Origin: Chloroflexota bacterium
GTDB lineage: Bacteria; Chloroflexota; Dehalococcoidia; GIF9; UBA5629
Reading direction: 5' to 3'
Assembly (NCBI GenBank): GCA_037443085.1
Contig: JBBIPA010000008.1
Location: forward strand, 1-54,566
DNA length: 54,566 nucleotides
Shown: one piece after another, positions 17,060-26,454 of the stretch
How positions within the stretch are numbered: the stretch's first letter is position 1
How the letters are laid out: each line of letters begins with the position of its first letter
Made by a program: the position numbers and the translations under genes
Notes under the pieces: generated by a model
What the model was told of the DNA's origin: nothing
The model's input: only the letters and a program-made list of their open reading frames with translations
The model's database searches: none

Positions 17060-18913
17060 ATGAAGACCGGGAGCAAATTTGGTGGCTATAACAACCGCAT
17101 TCTGCGGGTTAACTTGACCAACCGCACCTTTAGAGAAGAGACGCTGAGTGAAGAATTGATACACGATTACGCTGGAGGACGTGGCTTCGGCGCTAAATTT
17201 CTCTATGATGATTTGAAACCAGGTATCGACCCCCTCGGTGAAAAAAATGAGATCATTTCCCTGACCGGTCCGATAACCGGGACTACCGCCCAGGCATTCT
17301 CTCGCTGGAAGGTCACCTTTAAGTCTCCCCTGACCGGGGCATATTTTACCTCTTCCGCTGGTGGGCATTTTGCCCCGGAGCAGAAGGCAGCCGGTTTTGA
17401 CGTTATCATCGTTGACGGGGTGGCTGATAAACCGGTCTATCTCTGGGTTCACGATGGAAAGTATGAATTGCGGGATGCTGGTTATCTCTGGGGACTCGAT
17501 ACCGATGACACGCAAGCCCTTATTCGTGATGAGCTCAATGACCCTCGAATCAGGATTGCCTGTATCGGTCCTGCCGGCGAGCGCCTGGTAAAGTATGCCG
17601 CTGTAATAACCGACCGTCGTGCTGCCGGTCGTGGTGGTGGTGGTGCTGTCATGGGCGCCAAGAATTTAAAAGCCATAGCAGTCAGGGGCAGTGGCGAGCC
17701 AGCTCTGGCTGACCCTGATGCCTTTCAGGCAGCAGTGAAAGAGCAAATCCAGACTTTCAAAACTAACAAACCGATACAGAGGCATTCCGTTGTTGGCACT
17801 CAGGAGCCCGAGTTCACTCTTGTTCTGGGCATGTTTCCCACCCGGAATTTCCAGGAAGGCGTCTTGCCTCATTGGGAAAGGATAGAATCTACTGAGTATG
17901 ACAAGCTGCGGGTGCGGAAGACCGCCTGCTATCGCTGCATGGTTCATTGCGGCAGCATTAGCCGGATGTACCATGGCGATTACCAGGGAGCCTGGTCTGA
18001 GGGACCGGAATATGAGACTGCCTGGGCTTTCACCGGACCAGCAGTAATCTCCGATATCGGCATGACCATTGCTGCTGACAAGCTATGTGATGACCTGGGA
18101 CTGGATACCATTTCCACAGGTAATACTATCGGCTTTGCCTATGAGCTTTATGAACGGGGAATTATTTCTAAAGAGGATACCGATGGTTTTGAGCTGAACT
18201 TTGGTAACAAGGAACCGATTCTGGAGCTGGTCAGAAAGATTGCTTACCGGCAGGGCTTCGGTGACCTGCTGGCTGAAGGCACCCGTGAAGCCGCCCGCCG
18301 CATTGGCAAAGGTGCTGAACAATATGCCATTCAGGTAAAAGGACTGGAGCTCCCTGCTTACCATCCGCGAGGTGCTAAAGCTCACGGGCTTAACCTGCTC
18401 ACCAGCAGCCTGGGTGCTGACCACAATGCTGGCTATGGCAACCAGGAAATCTTTAACGCTCCCGCCCCCAAACCGGTTGACCGCTTTGCCGTGGAGGGCA
18501 AGGGGCAGGTGACCAAATATAATCAGGACATCACCGCCATGATGAACACCGGCATTCTGTGCAACTTCATCGTGGTTATGCAGGGCGTAACGCCGGAGCT
18601 GTATGCCAAGCTGTTATCGGCGGCTACCGGGGTTGCTGACTTCGCTGACCCCGCCTATCAGTGGAAGATAGGGGAAAGGATTGTTAACTTGGAGCGTATG
18701 TTCAATATTCGTGAGGGGCTGGGGCGCAAGGATGATGTTTTTCCCAAGCGCATCACCGATGAACCCATGCCATCTGGTCCGTCGAAAGGTCAGGTATTCG
18801 AAGCCCACCTTCTCCTGCCCGACTACTATAAGGCGCGGGGTTGGGACATGGAGACTGGCATCCCCACTAAAGCCAAGCTCAAGGAGCTGGGTCTGGAGTT
18901 TACGCTGAAATAG
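17060..18913 (+). CDS. aor: Tungsten-dependent aldehyde:ferredoxin oxidoreductase family protein
   Basis: RILRVNLT, GGRG.G, KSPLTG, IGPAGE, AAGRGGGGAVMGAKNLKAI, CxxCxxxC, GPEYET, DDLGLDTIS and YYKARGWD. The likely start is the ATG at 17060, not 16925. Confidence 0.93.
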   Translation: MKTGSKFGGYNNRILRVNLTNRTFREETLSEELIHDYAGGRGFGAKFLYDDLKPGIDPLGEKNEIISLTGPITGTTAQAFSRWKVTFKSPLTGAYFTSSAGGHFAPEQKAAGFDVIIVDGVADKPVYLWVHDGKYELRDAGYLWGLDTDDTQALIRDELNDPRIRIACIGPAGERLVKYAAVITDRRAAGRGGGGAVMGAKNLKAIAVRGSGEPALADPDAFQAAVKEQIQTFKTNKPIQRHSVVGTQEPEFTLVLGMFPTRNFQEGVLPHWERIESTEYDKLRVRKTACYRCMVHCGSISRMYHGDYQGAWSEGPEYETAWAFTGPAVISDIGMTIAADKLCDDLGLDTISTGNTIGFAYELYERGIISKEDTDGFELNFGNKEPILELVRKIAYRQGFGDLLAEGTREAARRIGKGAEQYAIQVKGLELPAYHPRGAKAHGLNLLTSSLGADHNAGYGNQEIFNAPAPKPVDRFAVEGKGQVTKYNQDITAMMNTGILCNFIVVMQGVTPELYAKLLSAATGVADFADPAYQWKIGERIVNLERMFNIREGLGRKDDVFPKRITDEPMPSGPSKGQVFEAHLLLPDYYKARGWDMETGIPTKAKLKELGLEFTLK

Positions 18914-18917
18914 TGGC

Positions 18918-19184
18918 ATGAACGTTAACGTACTGTTTTTCGGCAGATTCCGCGAGCTGGCCGTTCGTGACCGGTTAGTTCCTCTAAAGGAAGGAGCTCG
19001 GTTAGCCGACTTGCTCGAGCAACTTAACCAGGAGTATGGCGATGAGTTCCGTAACGAGGTAAATAATAAGGAGCAGGTGCATATCCTGGTAAACGGCCAA
19101 TTTCATAATATCCTGGAGGATATCAATACCCAGTTGCAGGATGGCGATGTGGTGGTGCTCATGCCCCTTGCCACCGGAGGGTAA
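18918..19184 (+). CDS. MoaD/ThiS family sulfur carrier
   Basis: 88 aa with ILVNG and LQDGDVV, ending in C-terminal GG; 4 bp after aor. Confidence 0.92.
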   Translation: MNVNVLFFGRFRELAVRDRLVPLKEGARLADLLEQLNQEYGDEFRNEVNNKEQVHILVNGQFHNILEDINTQLQDGDVVVLMPLATGG

Positions 19185-19243
19185 GTGCACACAGCCTGAA
19201 GATACGCAACTTGGGAAAAAGCTTTTCGCAGGTAGACAAGGCC

Positions 19244-20272
19244 ATGCTGGACAGACAATTGAGAGACAGATATTCCCGACAGACAGTGCTTCCTGCCATT
19301 GGGGAGGAGGGGCAGGCGAAGCTGGTTAACAGCAGGGCAGTAATCATTGGCTGCGGGGCATTGGGGGGTAACATCGCCACCTTGCTGGTGCGCGCCGGCG
19401 TGGGCAAAGTCAGAATCGTCGACAGGGACTTCATCGAGTACCACAACTTGCAGCGGCAGGTTCTGTTTAATGAGGATGATATCAAAGCCCAGTTGCCCAA
19501 AGCCATCGCCGCCGAGCGCCATCTCCGGAAGGTAAATTCGCTGGTGGAAGTTGAAGGGATTGTCGGCGATGTGAACTATACCAATATCGAGAAATTCTGC
19601 GCTGACGCCGATGTGATTCTCGATGGACTGGATAATATTGAAACCCGCTATCTGATAAACGACGCTGCTCTCAAGCAGGGAATTCCCTGGGTTTATGGTG
19701 GTGCTATCGCCACCTACGGCATGACTATGACCATAATCCCGGGCAAGACCCCCTGTTTGCGGTGTATGCACTTTGCCCCACCTGACTCCGGGGTGGTGCT
19801 CACCTGCGAAACTGCCGGAGTACTGGGCACAGTTCCTGCTGTCGTTGGTTCTCTCCAGGCCACCGAGGCAATAAAGATACTGGTTGGCGTTAAGGAAATG
19901 AAAAAGGGACTGCTTGTGGTAGATTTCTGGGAGAGAACCTTTCACCAGTTGGAAATAAAGCCCCGTGAGGATTGTCCCGCCTGCCACGGCCACTATGAGT
20001 TCCTGGAAAAGAAATTCGACATAAAAACCACCTCACTTTGCGGGCAAAGCCGGGCAGTGCAGGTGTTAGATACCAGGGTTAAGAAAATTGCCCTGAGTAA
20101 GCTGGCGGCGCGGCTGAGGAAACTGGGCGACGTCGATTACAACGAGTTCATGCTCCGTTTCACAATCAATCGCCACGAGATGATCATCTTCCCCGACGGC
20201 CGTGCCATCATCAAGAACACCACCGACGAATCGCTGGCTAAAGAACTTTACGCCAAATACGTCGTAGCCTGA
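19244..20272 (+). CDS. MoeB/ThiF family adenylyltransferase
   Basis: RYSRQ, GCGALG, DRDFIEYHNLQRQ, two CxxC motifs and C-terminal F.DGRAII. Confidence 0.92.
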   Translation: MLDRQLRDRYSRQTVLPAIGEEGQAKLVNSRAVIIGCGALGGNIATLLVRAGVGKVRIVDRDFIEYHNLQRQVLFNEDDIKAQLPKAIAAERHLRKVNSLVEVEGIVGDVNYTNIEKFCADADVILDGLDNIETRYLINDAALKQGIPWVYGGAIATYGMTMTIIPGKTPCLRCMHFAPPDSGVVLTCETAGVLGTVPAVVGSLQATEAIKILVGVKEMKKGLLVVDFWERTFHQLEIKPREDCPACHGHYEFLEKKFDIKTTSLCGQSRAVQVLDTRVKKIALSKLAARLRKLGDVDYNEFMLRFTINRHEMIIFPDGRAIIKNTTDESLAKELYAKYVVA

Positions 20273-20301
20273 GGCCAAGCTCATTCTGTTGCGAACCATC
20301 T

Positions 20302-20329
20302 GCAGGGGCGATTCATGAATCGCCCCTGC
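20302..20329. repeat. REP-like palindrome, family A copy 2
   Basis: gcaggggcgattcatgaatcgcccctgc, a perfect 28 bp palindrome downstream of moeB, followed by a T run. Confidence 0.8.
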
Positions 20330-20425
20330 GCTTTTTCCTCCCAGGTCTGGTGACTGTTTTGAGCAAGAAGCACCATTAAGAGTATAATAAGGAGATTTTT
20401 TGTCTGGAGGCAATGGTAGAAACCA

Positions 20426-23230
20426 ATGGGGACAGTATTACTGACCGGTGCCACCGGCTTTCTGGGGGCGCATATCGCTTTCCGCCTGATAACGGAAACT
20501 GACCACGACGTTATCGCTCTGGTGCGAGCCGCGAATAAGGAAACGGCGGTACGCCGCCTCAGCCGTGCCTGGTGGGACTGGCCGGAGCTGGCTCAGTCTA
20601 TCGGTGGCAGGGTCAGGGTCATTATTGGGAATGTATCTGAACCATGCCTCGGCATGAGTGACGCCGAATATAATCACCTGGTAGGCACCACCACCCATAT
20701 CATCCACACCGCCGCCGACCTGCGCCTGGAAGTGCCCATCGAGGAGCTGCGCCGGGCCAACGTTACCGGCACTGCTAATGTGCTGCAGTTAGCCCATGAT
20801 GTGCACCGGGACCATGGCCTCAGCCGTCTTTCCCATGTCTCCACTGCTTATGTGGCTGGCGGCAGGACGGGCGCAATTTCCGAAGATTCCCTCAACGATG
20901 CCTGCGGCTTTTACAGTAAATACGAGCTATCCAAATACGAAGGCGAGTTGCTTGTCCAGCAAGCCAAACAGCAACTGCCTATCTCGGTCTTCCGCCCCGG
21001 ACAGGTGGTGGGAGATTCTAAAAACGGCGCCATCAAGACTTTCAACACGCTTTATTTTCCGCTGCGGTTGTATTTGACCAAACGTCCCACCATTATCCCC
21101 GTCACCCCCTCGATGATGGTCAACATGGTACCGGTGGACTATGTAGCCGATGCCATCACCCGCCTCACTTTTATTCCCGAGGCAGCAGGGCAGAACTTTC
21201 ACCTGGTAGTGCCCTGGGAAAAGCTGCCCACCGTCGGCGAGATTATCGACTTCCTGCGCGTCTGGGCGAAACAGCATCTGGATTTGAAGCTGCCACGCCC
21301 GGTATTTCTGCCGTTGCCCGTGCCAGCCACCCGTGCCCGCTACCGGGTGCAGGGAGTGGTGAGAGGTGGCGACAAGGGTTTTCTTGCTATAGTGCCTTAT
21401 TTCAAAGAACGCCGCCGCTTTTCCCGGGAGAATATCGACCGCCTTATGGGCGCATACCATTTTCAGTGGCAAACGGTTTTCACTGCCATGATGGACTTTG
21501 CTGTTTCCAAAAGCTTCATGCACCGCTCTGAGCGCACCGTCCATGAGCAAATCCTGTTTCGACTGAGGAGCCGCAGTCTGCCAGTGACCTACTACGATAT
21601 AGTTGATAGACAAATCATCAAGCGGGACACAGTACAGGTGAGGGAAGAAATATTTGCCGTAGCCGCGGCAATGCAGGGCGCCGGCATCAGCAAGGGCGAC
21701 CGCGTTGCCCTGCTGGGGCATAACAGCAGCCGCTGGCTGGTCATCGATGTTGCCATTGGCTTGCTCGGCGCTGTCAGCGTGCCCTTATACAACACCAGCC
21801 CGCCCGCTGAAATCGCCCAGATACTCCAGGCAAGTCAGGCGAAACTGCTGTTTGTGAGCGCCCCTGATATCCTGGGGCGGCTGGATGAGCTGGCAGCCGA
21901 TACACCCGTGGTATCTTTCTGCCGCCAGAATCTTGAAGCTATGCCAGCCCGGAAAGTTATTTCCTGGGAAGAGTTTTTGGCCAGGGGCAAAGGTATCAAA
22001 GTGGCCGTCGCTGCCCCGGTAACTTTCGGTGACCTGGCCACGGTACGCTATACTTCAGGAACTACCGGACAGGTCAAGGGCGTCTGTTTCGACCATGAGG
22101 GGCTGCGCTGGATGGCGGAGACCACCTGCTCGGTGATGAACTCGTGGCGGGCGCTCAACTCCGAGATTATACACCTTTCCTACCTGCCCATGAACCACGT
22201 AGTTGAAGGCATACTGGCAAACTATTCAGCGTACTATACGCCAGCACCGGTGCATATCTACTTTGTTGAGGATATTGCTGACCTGCCCTATGCACTGCGG
22301 CGGGTTCGACCCAATATATTCTTCTCGGTGCCGCGGTTATATGAAAAAATCTGGGAATCGCTCCAGAAGACCAGCCTGGCCCGGCGTTACCAGAGCCTGA
22401 ACGAAGGGCTACGGCGGCGACTGCTGCGCACTATCCTGCGCCGGGGCGTCTTGAGAAAGGCAGGACTGAACCGCTGCGCTCAGCTTATCGTCGGTTCAGC
22501 ACCGATGAGCCAGAGCCTGCTGCGCAATTTCCAGGAGCTGGGCATCGAGATTTACAATGCCTATGGTCTTACCGAGGCGCCGCTGGTGACCATGAATAAG
22601 CTGGGGGCAAACCGGATTGATACCGTGGGTGAGTTACTGCCTGCCACCACCATTACCATCGCCGCAGACGGTGAGGTGCTGGTGAAGGGGCCGCAGGTGG
22701 CCAAAGGTTATCTGGTCGGCGATAACTGCGTGCCATTCGACGAAGGCTGGCTCCGCACCGGTGACCTGGGCTATATCAGCGAACAGAACAGCCTGGTACT
22801 CCACGGGCGTAAAAAAGAAGTTATCGTTACTTCTTACGGCAAGAACATACACCCCATCAAGATTGAGGCGATGCTGAAGAGCATCCCTGATGTCACCGAG
22901 GCTATGGTACTCGGCGATGCCCGCCCCTTCTGCACCGCTATCCTCTGGGTAAGTCGCGATGGTCATGACCTGAGCTGGGTGAGCCGGGTTGAGCAGGCTA
23001 TCATCGAGGTCAACCGTCAGCTCTCGCATCCCGAGCAGGTGAAGCGCTGGGCAATTTTGAAGAACGAGCTATCCATCGAGCGCGGCGAGTTGACCGCCAG
23101 CCTGAAACTGAAGCGCGCTGAGGTAACGCGGCGGCTTGGCGAGACGGTGGAGGCGCTGTATTCCCGGCTGACTCCTGAGTTGAATGATGGCATCTACATC
23201 AGCGGGCTGGCGCTGGAGCACGAGTCCTAG
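20426..23230 (+). CDS. Fusion of an N-terminal extended-SDR thioester/acyl-CoA reductase and a C-terminal long-chain acyl-CoA synthetase-type adenylation domain
   Basis: N-terminal half: TGATGFLG, HTAA, HVSTAYV, YELSK, RPGQVVG. C-terminal half: YTSGTTGQVKG, YLPMNH, AYGLTE, TGDLG, GRKKE, SLKLKR. Confidence 0.88.
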   Translation: MGTVLLTGATGFLGAHIAFRLITETDHDVIALVRAANKETAVRRLSRAWWDWPELAQSIGGRVRVIIGNVSEPCLGMSDAEYNHLVGTTTHIIHTAADLRLEVPIEELRRANVTGTANVLQLAHDVHRDHGLSRLSHVSTAYVAGGRTGAISEDSLNDACGFYSKYELSKYEGELLVQQAKQQLPISVFRPGQVVGDSKNGAIKTFNTLYFPLRLYLTKRPTIIPVTPSMMVNMVPVDYVADAITRLTFIPEAAGQNFHLVVPWEKLPTVGEIIDFLRVWAKQHLDLKLPRPVFLPLPVPATRARYRVQGVVRGGDKGFLAIVPYFKERRRFSRENIDRLMGAYHFQWQTVFTAMMDFAVSKSFMHRSERTVHEQILFRLRSRSLPVTYYDIVDRQIIKRDTVQVREEIFAVAAAMQGAGISKGDRVALLGHNSSRWLVIDVAIGLLGAVSVPLYNTSPPAEIAQILQASQAKLLFVSAPDILGRLDELAADTPVVSFCRQNLEAMPARKVISWEEFLARGKGIKVAVAAPVTFGDLATVRYTSGTTGQVKGVCFDHEGLRWMAETTCSVMNSWRALNSEIIHLSYLPMNHVVEGILANYSAYYTPAPVHIYFVEDIADLPYALRRVRPNIFFSVPRLYEKIWESLQKTSLARRYQSLNEGLRRRLLRTILRRGVLRKAGLNRCAQLIVGSAPMSQSLLRNFQELGIEIYNAYGLTEAPLVTMNKLGANRIDTVGELLPATTITIAADGEVLVKGPQVAKGYLVGDNCVPFDEGWLRTGDLGYISEQNSLVLHGRKKEVIVTSYGKNIHPIKIEAMLKSIPDVTEAMVLGDARPFCTAILWVSRDGHDLSWVSRVEQAIIEVNRQLSHPEQVKRWAILKNELSIERGELTASLKLKRAEVTRRLGETVEALYSRLTPELNDGIYISGLALEHES

Positions 23231-23243
23231 CCCCGGCAGTATG

Positions 23244-23319
23244 GCTATAGCTCCTCTATCTCCAGTATCCGGTCTACCCGAAATACCCTTTCCGCCTTCC
23301 GTTCCCGGCAAAAGGCTTG
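23244..23319. repeat. 76 bp direct repeat, copy 1 (orphan duplicate of the helicase-WYL gene 3' end)
   Basis: gctatagctcctctatc...caaaaggcttg; one mismatch versus 26379-26454. Confidence 0.95.
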
Positions 23320-23461
23320 AACACCCAGATACATTGTGGCCAGAGAACAATAAGCCAATCGGAACGGCTTGCCAACATTGCATCCCCTTACACCCTTCTG
23401 GGTCAGTTGACAATCTATCTGTTTTCTTTTAGAGTGAACAAATCTTACAACGTATGGAGTT

Positions 23462-25477
23462 ATGAAGATGCGCTTTTTGGTAGTACCTTTATTGATTACG
23501 TTACTTATCCTTATGGGATGTGCGCCTCAAACACAATTAACTGTGAAGCTGGCATCACCAGCACATGGTAGCGAAGTAACTTCCCTGGCCCCCATGCTGA
23601 TTTGGGGAGGTGGTGACACTACTGCGACGTACAGGTTGCTGGTAGCAGCAGACAGTAATTTTCAGAACCTGGTTATTGATGCCAGCAATCTGGGTGAACC
23701 ACGCTATACTATTCCCTCAAGGAAACTGCTCAGTGATAAGACTTATTACTGGAAGGTTATCGCCAGCAAGGGTAATGTAACCTCGGATTGGTCGTCATCA
23801 TGGTCTTTCAAGACCCCCGCTGCACCGACTCCGTCTCATGGAGGTAAAATCCGAGTTAGTGCTACAGTTGATGGTGTGCCTTGGTCTGGAGCAGTAAACT
23901 ATTCTATTACCGGTCCGTTTTCGGACACTGATAACTCATTACCATGGAATTTTGATGGTGTCCCTGCAGGGACATACACAATCACCTACAATTACGGTGC
24001 TCCAGCGGGAAAAGCATTAGCAAATGTTAGCCCGTCACCGACTCAGAATTTGCCAGATGGCGGAGTTATCAGTTTTGTACTGAACTTTTACACGCAGTCC
24101 ACTTCACAAATTGCCATTAATGCAACTCTCAATGGTACTCCCTGGTCTGGACCGATTAATTATTCCATTTCTGGACCATTCAATGATACCGAGACTCTAG
24201 TGCCCCAAACGCTCAATAGTCTGCCTACAGGTAATTACACACTAGTATATAATTATGGTGGTCCTGCTGGGGCCGCTTTGAGCAACATTACACCTGCTAC
24301 TGTTCAAACATTGACCTCCGGTGGTAGCCTTGTATATACCTTGAATTTTTCCACCAGCCCGGTGTCGAACCTCTCAGTAACTGCTTCGTTGAATGGTGCC
24401 CCATGGTCTGGGCCAATACGTTATTCTTTGTCCGGGCGGGTAAGCATTTCCCGAACTGACGTCCCCTTCCAGCTCAATAATGCTCCTGCCGGTACCTACC
24501 AAATTGTTTATGAAGGAGGTGGCCCACAGGGGGCTACTCTGGGAGGTATTACTCCAGCACAAACAATTACCCTGACCAGCGGGATATCAGGAGGATTTGT
24601 CCTCAATTTCTACACACAGCCTGTTTCTGGCAACATAGTGGTTAGTGCCACGTTGAACGGGTCGCCATGGTCCGGCGGCGTCAATTATTTTATCAGTGGT
24701 CCATTACAGAACTCTGATAACACTGTGCCACGTACATATACGAGTATACCTGCTGGGACCTATACACTCACCTATTCAGGCGGAGGTCCTGCTGGCGCTA
24801 TGCTCGCCAGCATTACGCCATCGCCGTCACAAAGGCTCGATGGAGGTCGTACTATAGCGTTTACCATGAACTTTATAACACAGCCAGGTAGCGGTACTAT
24901 CAATGTAAATGCTTTGCTTGACGGGCAACCGTGGAGAGTGGCTATAGGCTCAGGGTCTATCAACTATACCCTGATAGGGCCTAAACACGATTCCAGCACC
25001 ACAGTCCCTCAGACCTTTAGCAACATGCCTGCTGGACCATACACGTTAAATTACAATGGCGGCGGGCCGATTGGTGCCACGCTCACCAGTATTACGCCGT
25101 CACCATCACAGAACCTGTCATCGGGCGGCGCTATTACATTCACCTTAAATTTCACTGGGCAACCCAAGGGCACAGTAATCGTCAATGCCACACTCAATGG
25201 TCAGCCATGGTCAGGCCAGGTCGGCTATATAGTACAGGGCCCTTATGTCGAATCGGGGAGCTCCACGCCGCGAAACTTCACTGGCGCGCCTGCAGGGAGC
25301 TATAGCGTGCAATATAGAAGCGGTGGCCCTCCCCAGTCCATTTTTGAAGGGGTAACCCCATCCACCCAGATATTGCCTGCAGGAGGAACGATAACATTTA
25401 CCATAATGTTCAAATTCCAGGGGCTGCCTCCACAACCTCCTGCTCCGGGTCCGCTACCGGGACCGCTGGTAAAATAG
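23462..25477 (+). CDS. Surface lipoprotein: Fn3/Ig-like N-domain, six ~88 aa tandem repeats and a Pro-rich tail
   Basis: Lipobox LMGC; YYWKV.A...SDWS..WSF.T domain; six repeats of I.V.ATLNG.PWSG.VNY...GP...PAGTY...Y..GGP.GA.L..ITP...Q.L..GG.I.F.LNF. Confidence 0.8.
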   Translation: MKMRFLVVPLLITLLILMGCAPQTQLTVKLASPAHGSEVTSLAPMLIWGGGDTTATYRLLVAADSNFQNLVIDASNLGEPRYTIPSRKLLSDKTYYWKVIASKGNVTSDWSSSWSFKTPAAPTPSHGGKIRVSATVDGVPWSGAVNYSITGPFSDTDNSLPWNFDGVPAGTYTITYNYGAPAGKALANVSPSPTQNLPDGGVISFVLNFYTQSTSQIAINATLNGTPWSGPINYSISGPFNDTETLVPQTLNSLPTGNYTLVYNYGGPAGAALSNITPATVQTLTSGGSLVYTLNFSTSPVSNLSVTASLNGAPWSGPIRYSLSGRVSISRTDVPFQLNNAPAGTYQIVYEGGGPQGATLGGITPAQTITLTSGISGGFVLNFYTQPVSGNIVVSATLNGSPWSGGVNYFISGPLQNSDNTVPRTYTSIPAGTYTLTYSGGGPAGAMLASITPSPSQRLDGGRTIAFTMNFITQPGSGTINVNALLDGQPWRVAIGSGSINYTLIGPKHDSSTTVPQTFSNMPAGPYTLNYNGGGPIGATLTSITPSPSQNLSSGGAITFTLNFTGQPKGTVIVNATLNGQPWSGQVGYIVQGPYVESGSSTPRNFTGAPAGSYSVQYRSGGPPQSIFEGVTPSTQILPAGGTITFTIMFKFQGLPPQPPAPGPLPGPLVK

Positions 25478-25502
25478 CCGGATATAAAGGAGACAAAATT
25501 CA

Positions 25503-26309
25503 ATGAAAATATTGTTAGTTATAATACTTGTGGTAGCAACTACACTGACGGCATGTATGCCTTCAATCACACCGCCGGTAGCGCCAACCAAACTCCGAAT
25601 CATTACTGAGACATATCCACCATTCAACTTTGTTGATAGTAACAAAAATGTCGTTGGCAAAAGTACCGAAATTGTCGAAGCGATTTTGCAAGAGCTAGGC
25701 GCTCCCGGCATTCCTATCGAAGTAATGCCGTTGGCAGACGGCTTGAGTCTGGCGCAGAAAGGTCCTAATGTAGCGATATTCTCGATCAACAGGACTCCTC
25801 AACGCGAAACATTGTATAAATGGGTAGGCCCCATTGGGAATTACGAACAGGCATTTTATGCCAGGAAAGGCTCCAGCATAACATTGAGCAGGCTCGAGGA
25901 CGCTAAAATTGTGGGTAAGATCGGTGTCTATAAGGGCGACGCTGGGAATCAGTTTCTTACTGCACAGGGGTTTACTAATCTTGACGAGAGCTTGAACGAT
26001 GTTGAAGCGCTGAGAAAACTTATTGATAACAAGGTGCAGCTCTGGCTGGGTAACACAGAGGGATTGGAGATTACCGCCCGAGAGGCGGGGGTAAATGCTG
26101 AGGACATCATGGCTCTGCCTGTGGTAGCCATACGGGCAGGCCTCTACGTAGCTTTTAGCAAAGATGTTTCTGGCAGCACCGTGGCAGCGTGGCAAAACGC
26201 TCTCAACTCCCTGAAGCAAAAAACTGATATCGATGGCAAGACGGTCTACGATAAAATAAATGCCAGATATGATGATCCTGATTACATAAGGAGCTTGTTA
26301 CAGAAATAA
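25503..26309 (+). CDS. Family 3 (amino acid-type) extracellular solute-binding lipoprotein
   Basis: Lipobox LTAC; TETYPPFNF, RTPQRETLYKWVGP and YVAFSK; AAGGAG RBS. Confidence 0.88.
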   Translation: MKILLVIILVVATTLTACMPSITPPVAPTKLRIITETYPPFNFVDSNKNVVGKSTEIVEAILQELGAPGIPIEVMPLADGLSLAQKGPNVAIFSINRTPQRETLYKWVGPIGNYEQAFYARKGSSITLSRLEDAKIVGKIGVYKGDAGNQFLTAQGFTNLDESLNDVEALRKLIDNKVQLWLGNTEGLEITAREAGVNAEDIMALPVVAIRAGLYVAFSKDVSGSTVAAWQNALNSLKQKTDIDGKTVYDKINARYDDPDYIRSLLQK

Positions 26310-26378
26310 TCGTCTTATCGGTCAACCGTCAACCCTGACATCCTGAGCAGGCAAGCTTTGGGCAATTTTGAAGAGCGA

Positions 26379-26454
26379 GCTATAGCTCCTCTATCTCCAG
26401 TATCCGGTCTACCCGAAATACCCTTTCTGCCTTCCGTTCCCGGCAAAAGGCTTG
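26379..26454. repeat. 76 bp direct repeat, copy 2 (functional 3' end of the helicase-WYL gene)
   Basis: Matches 23244-23319 at 75/76 positions. Confidence 0.95.
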
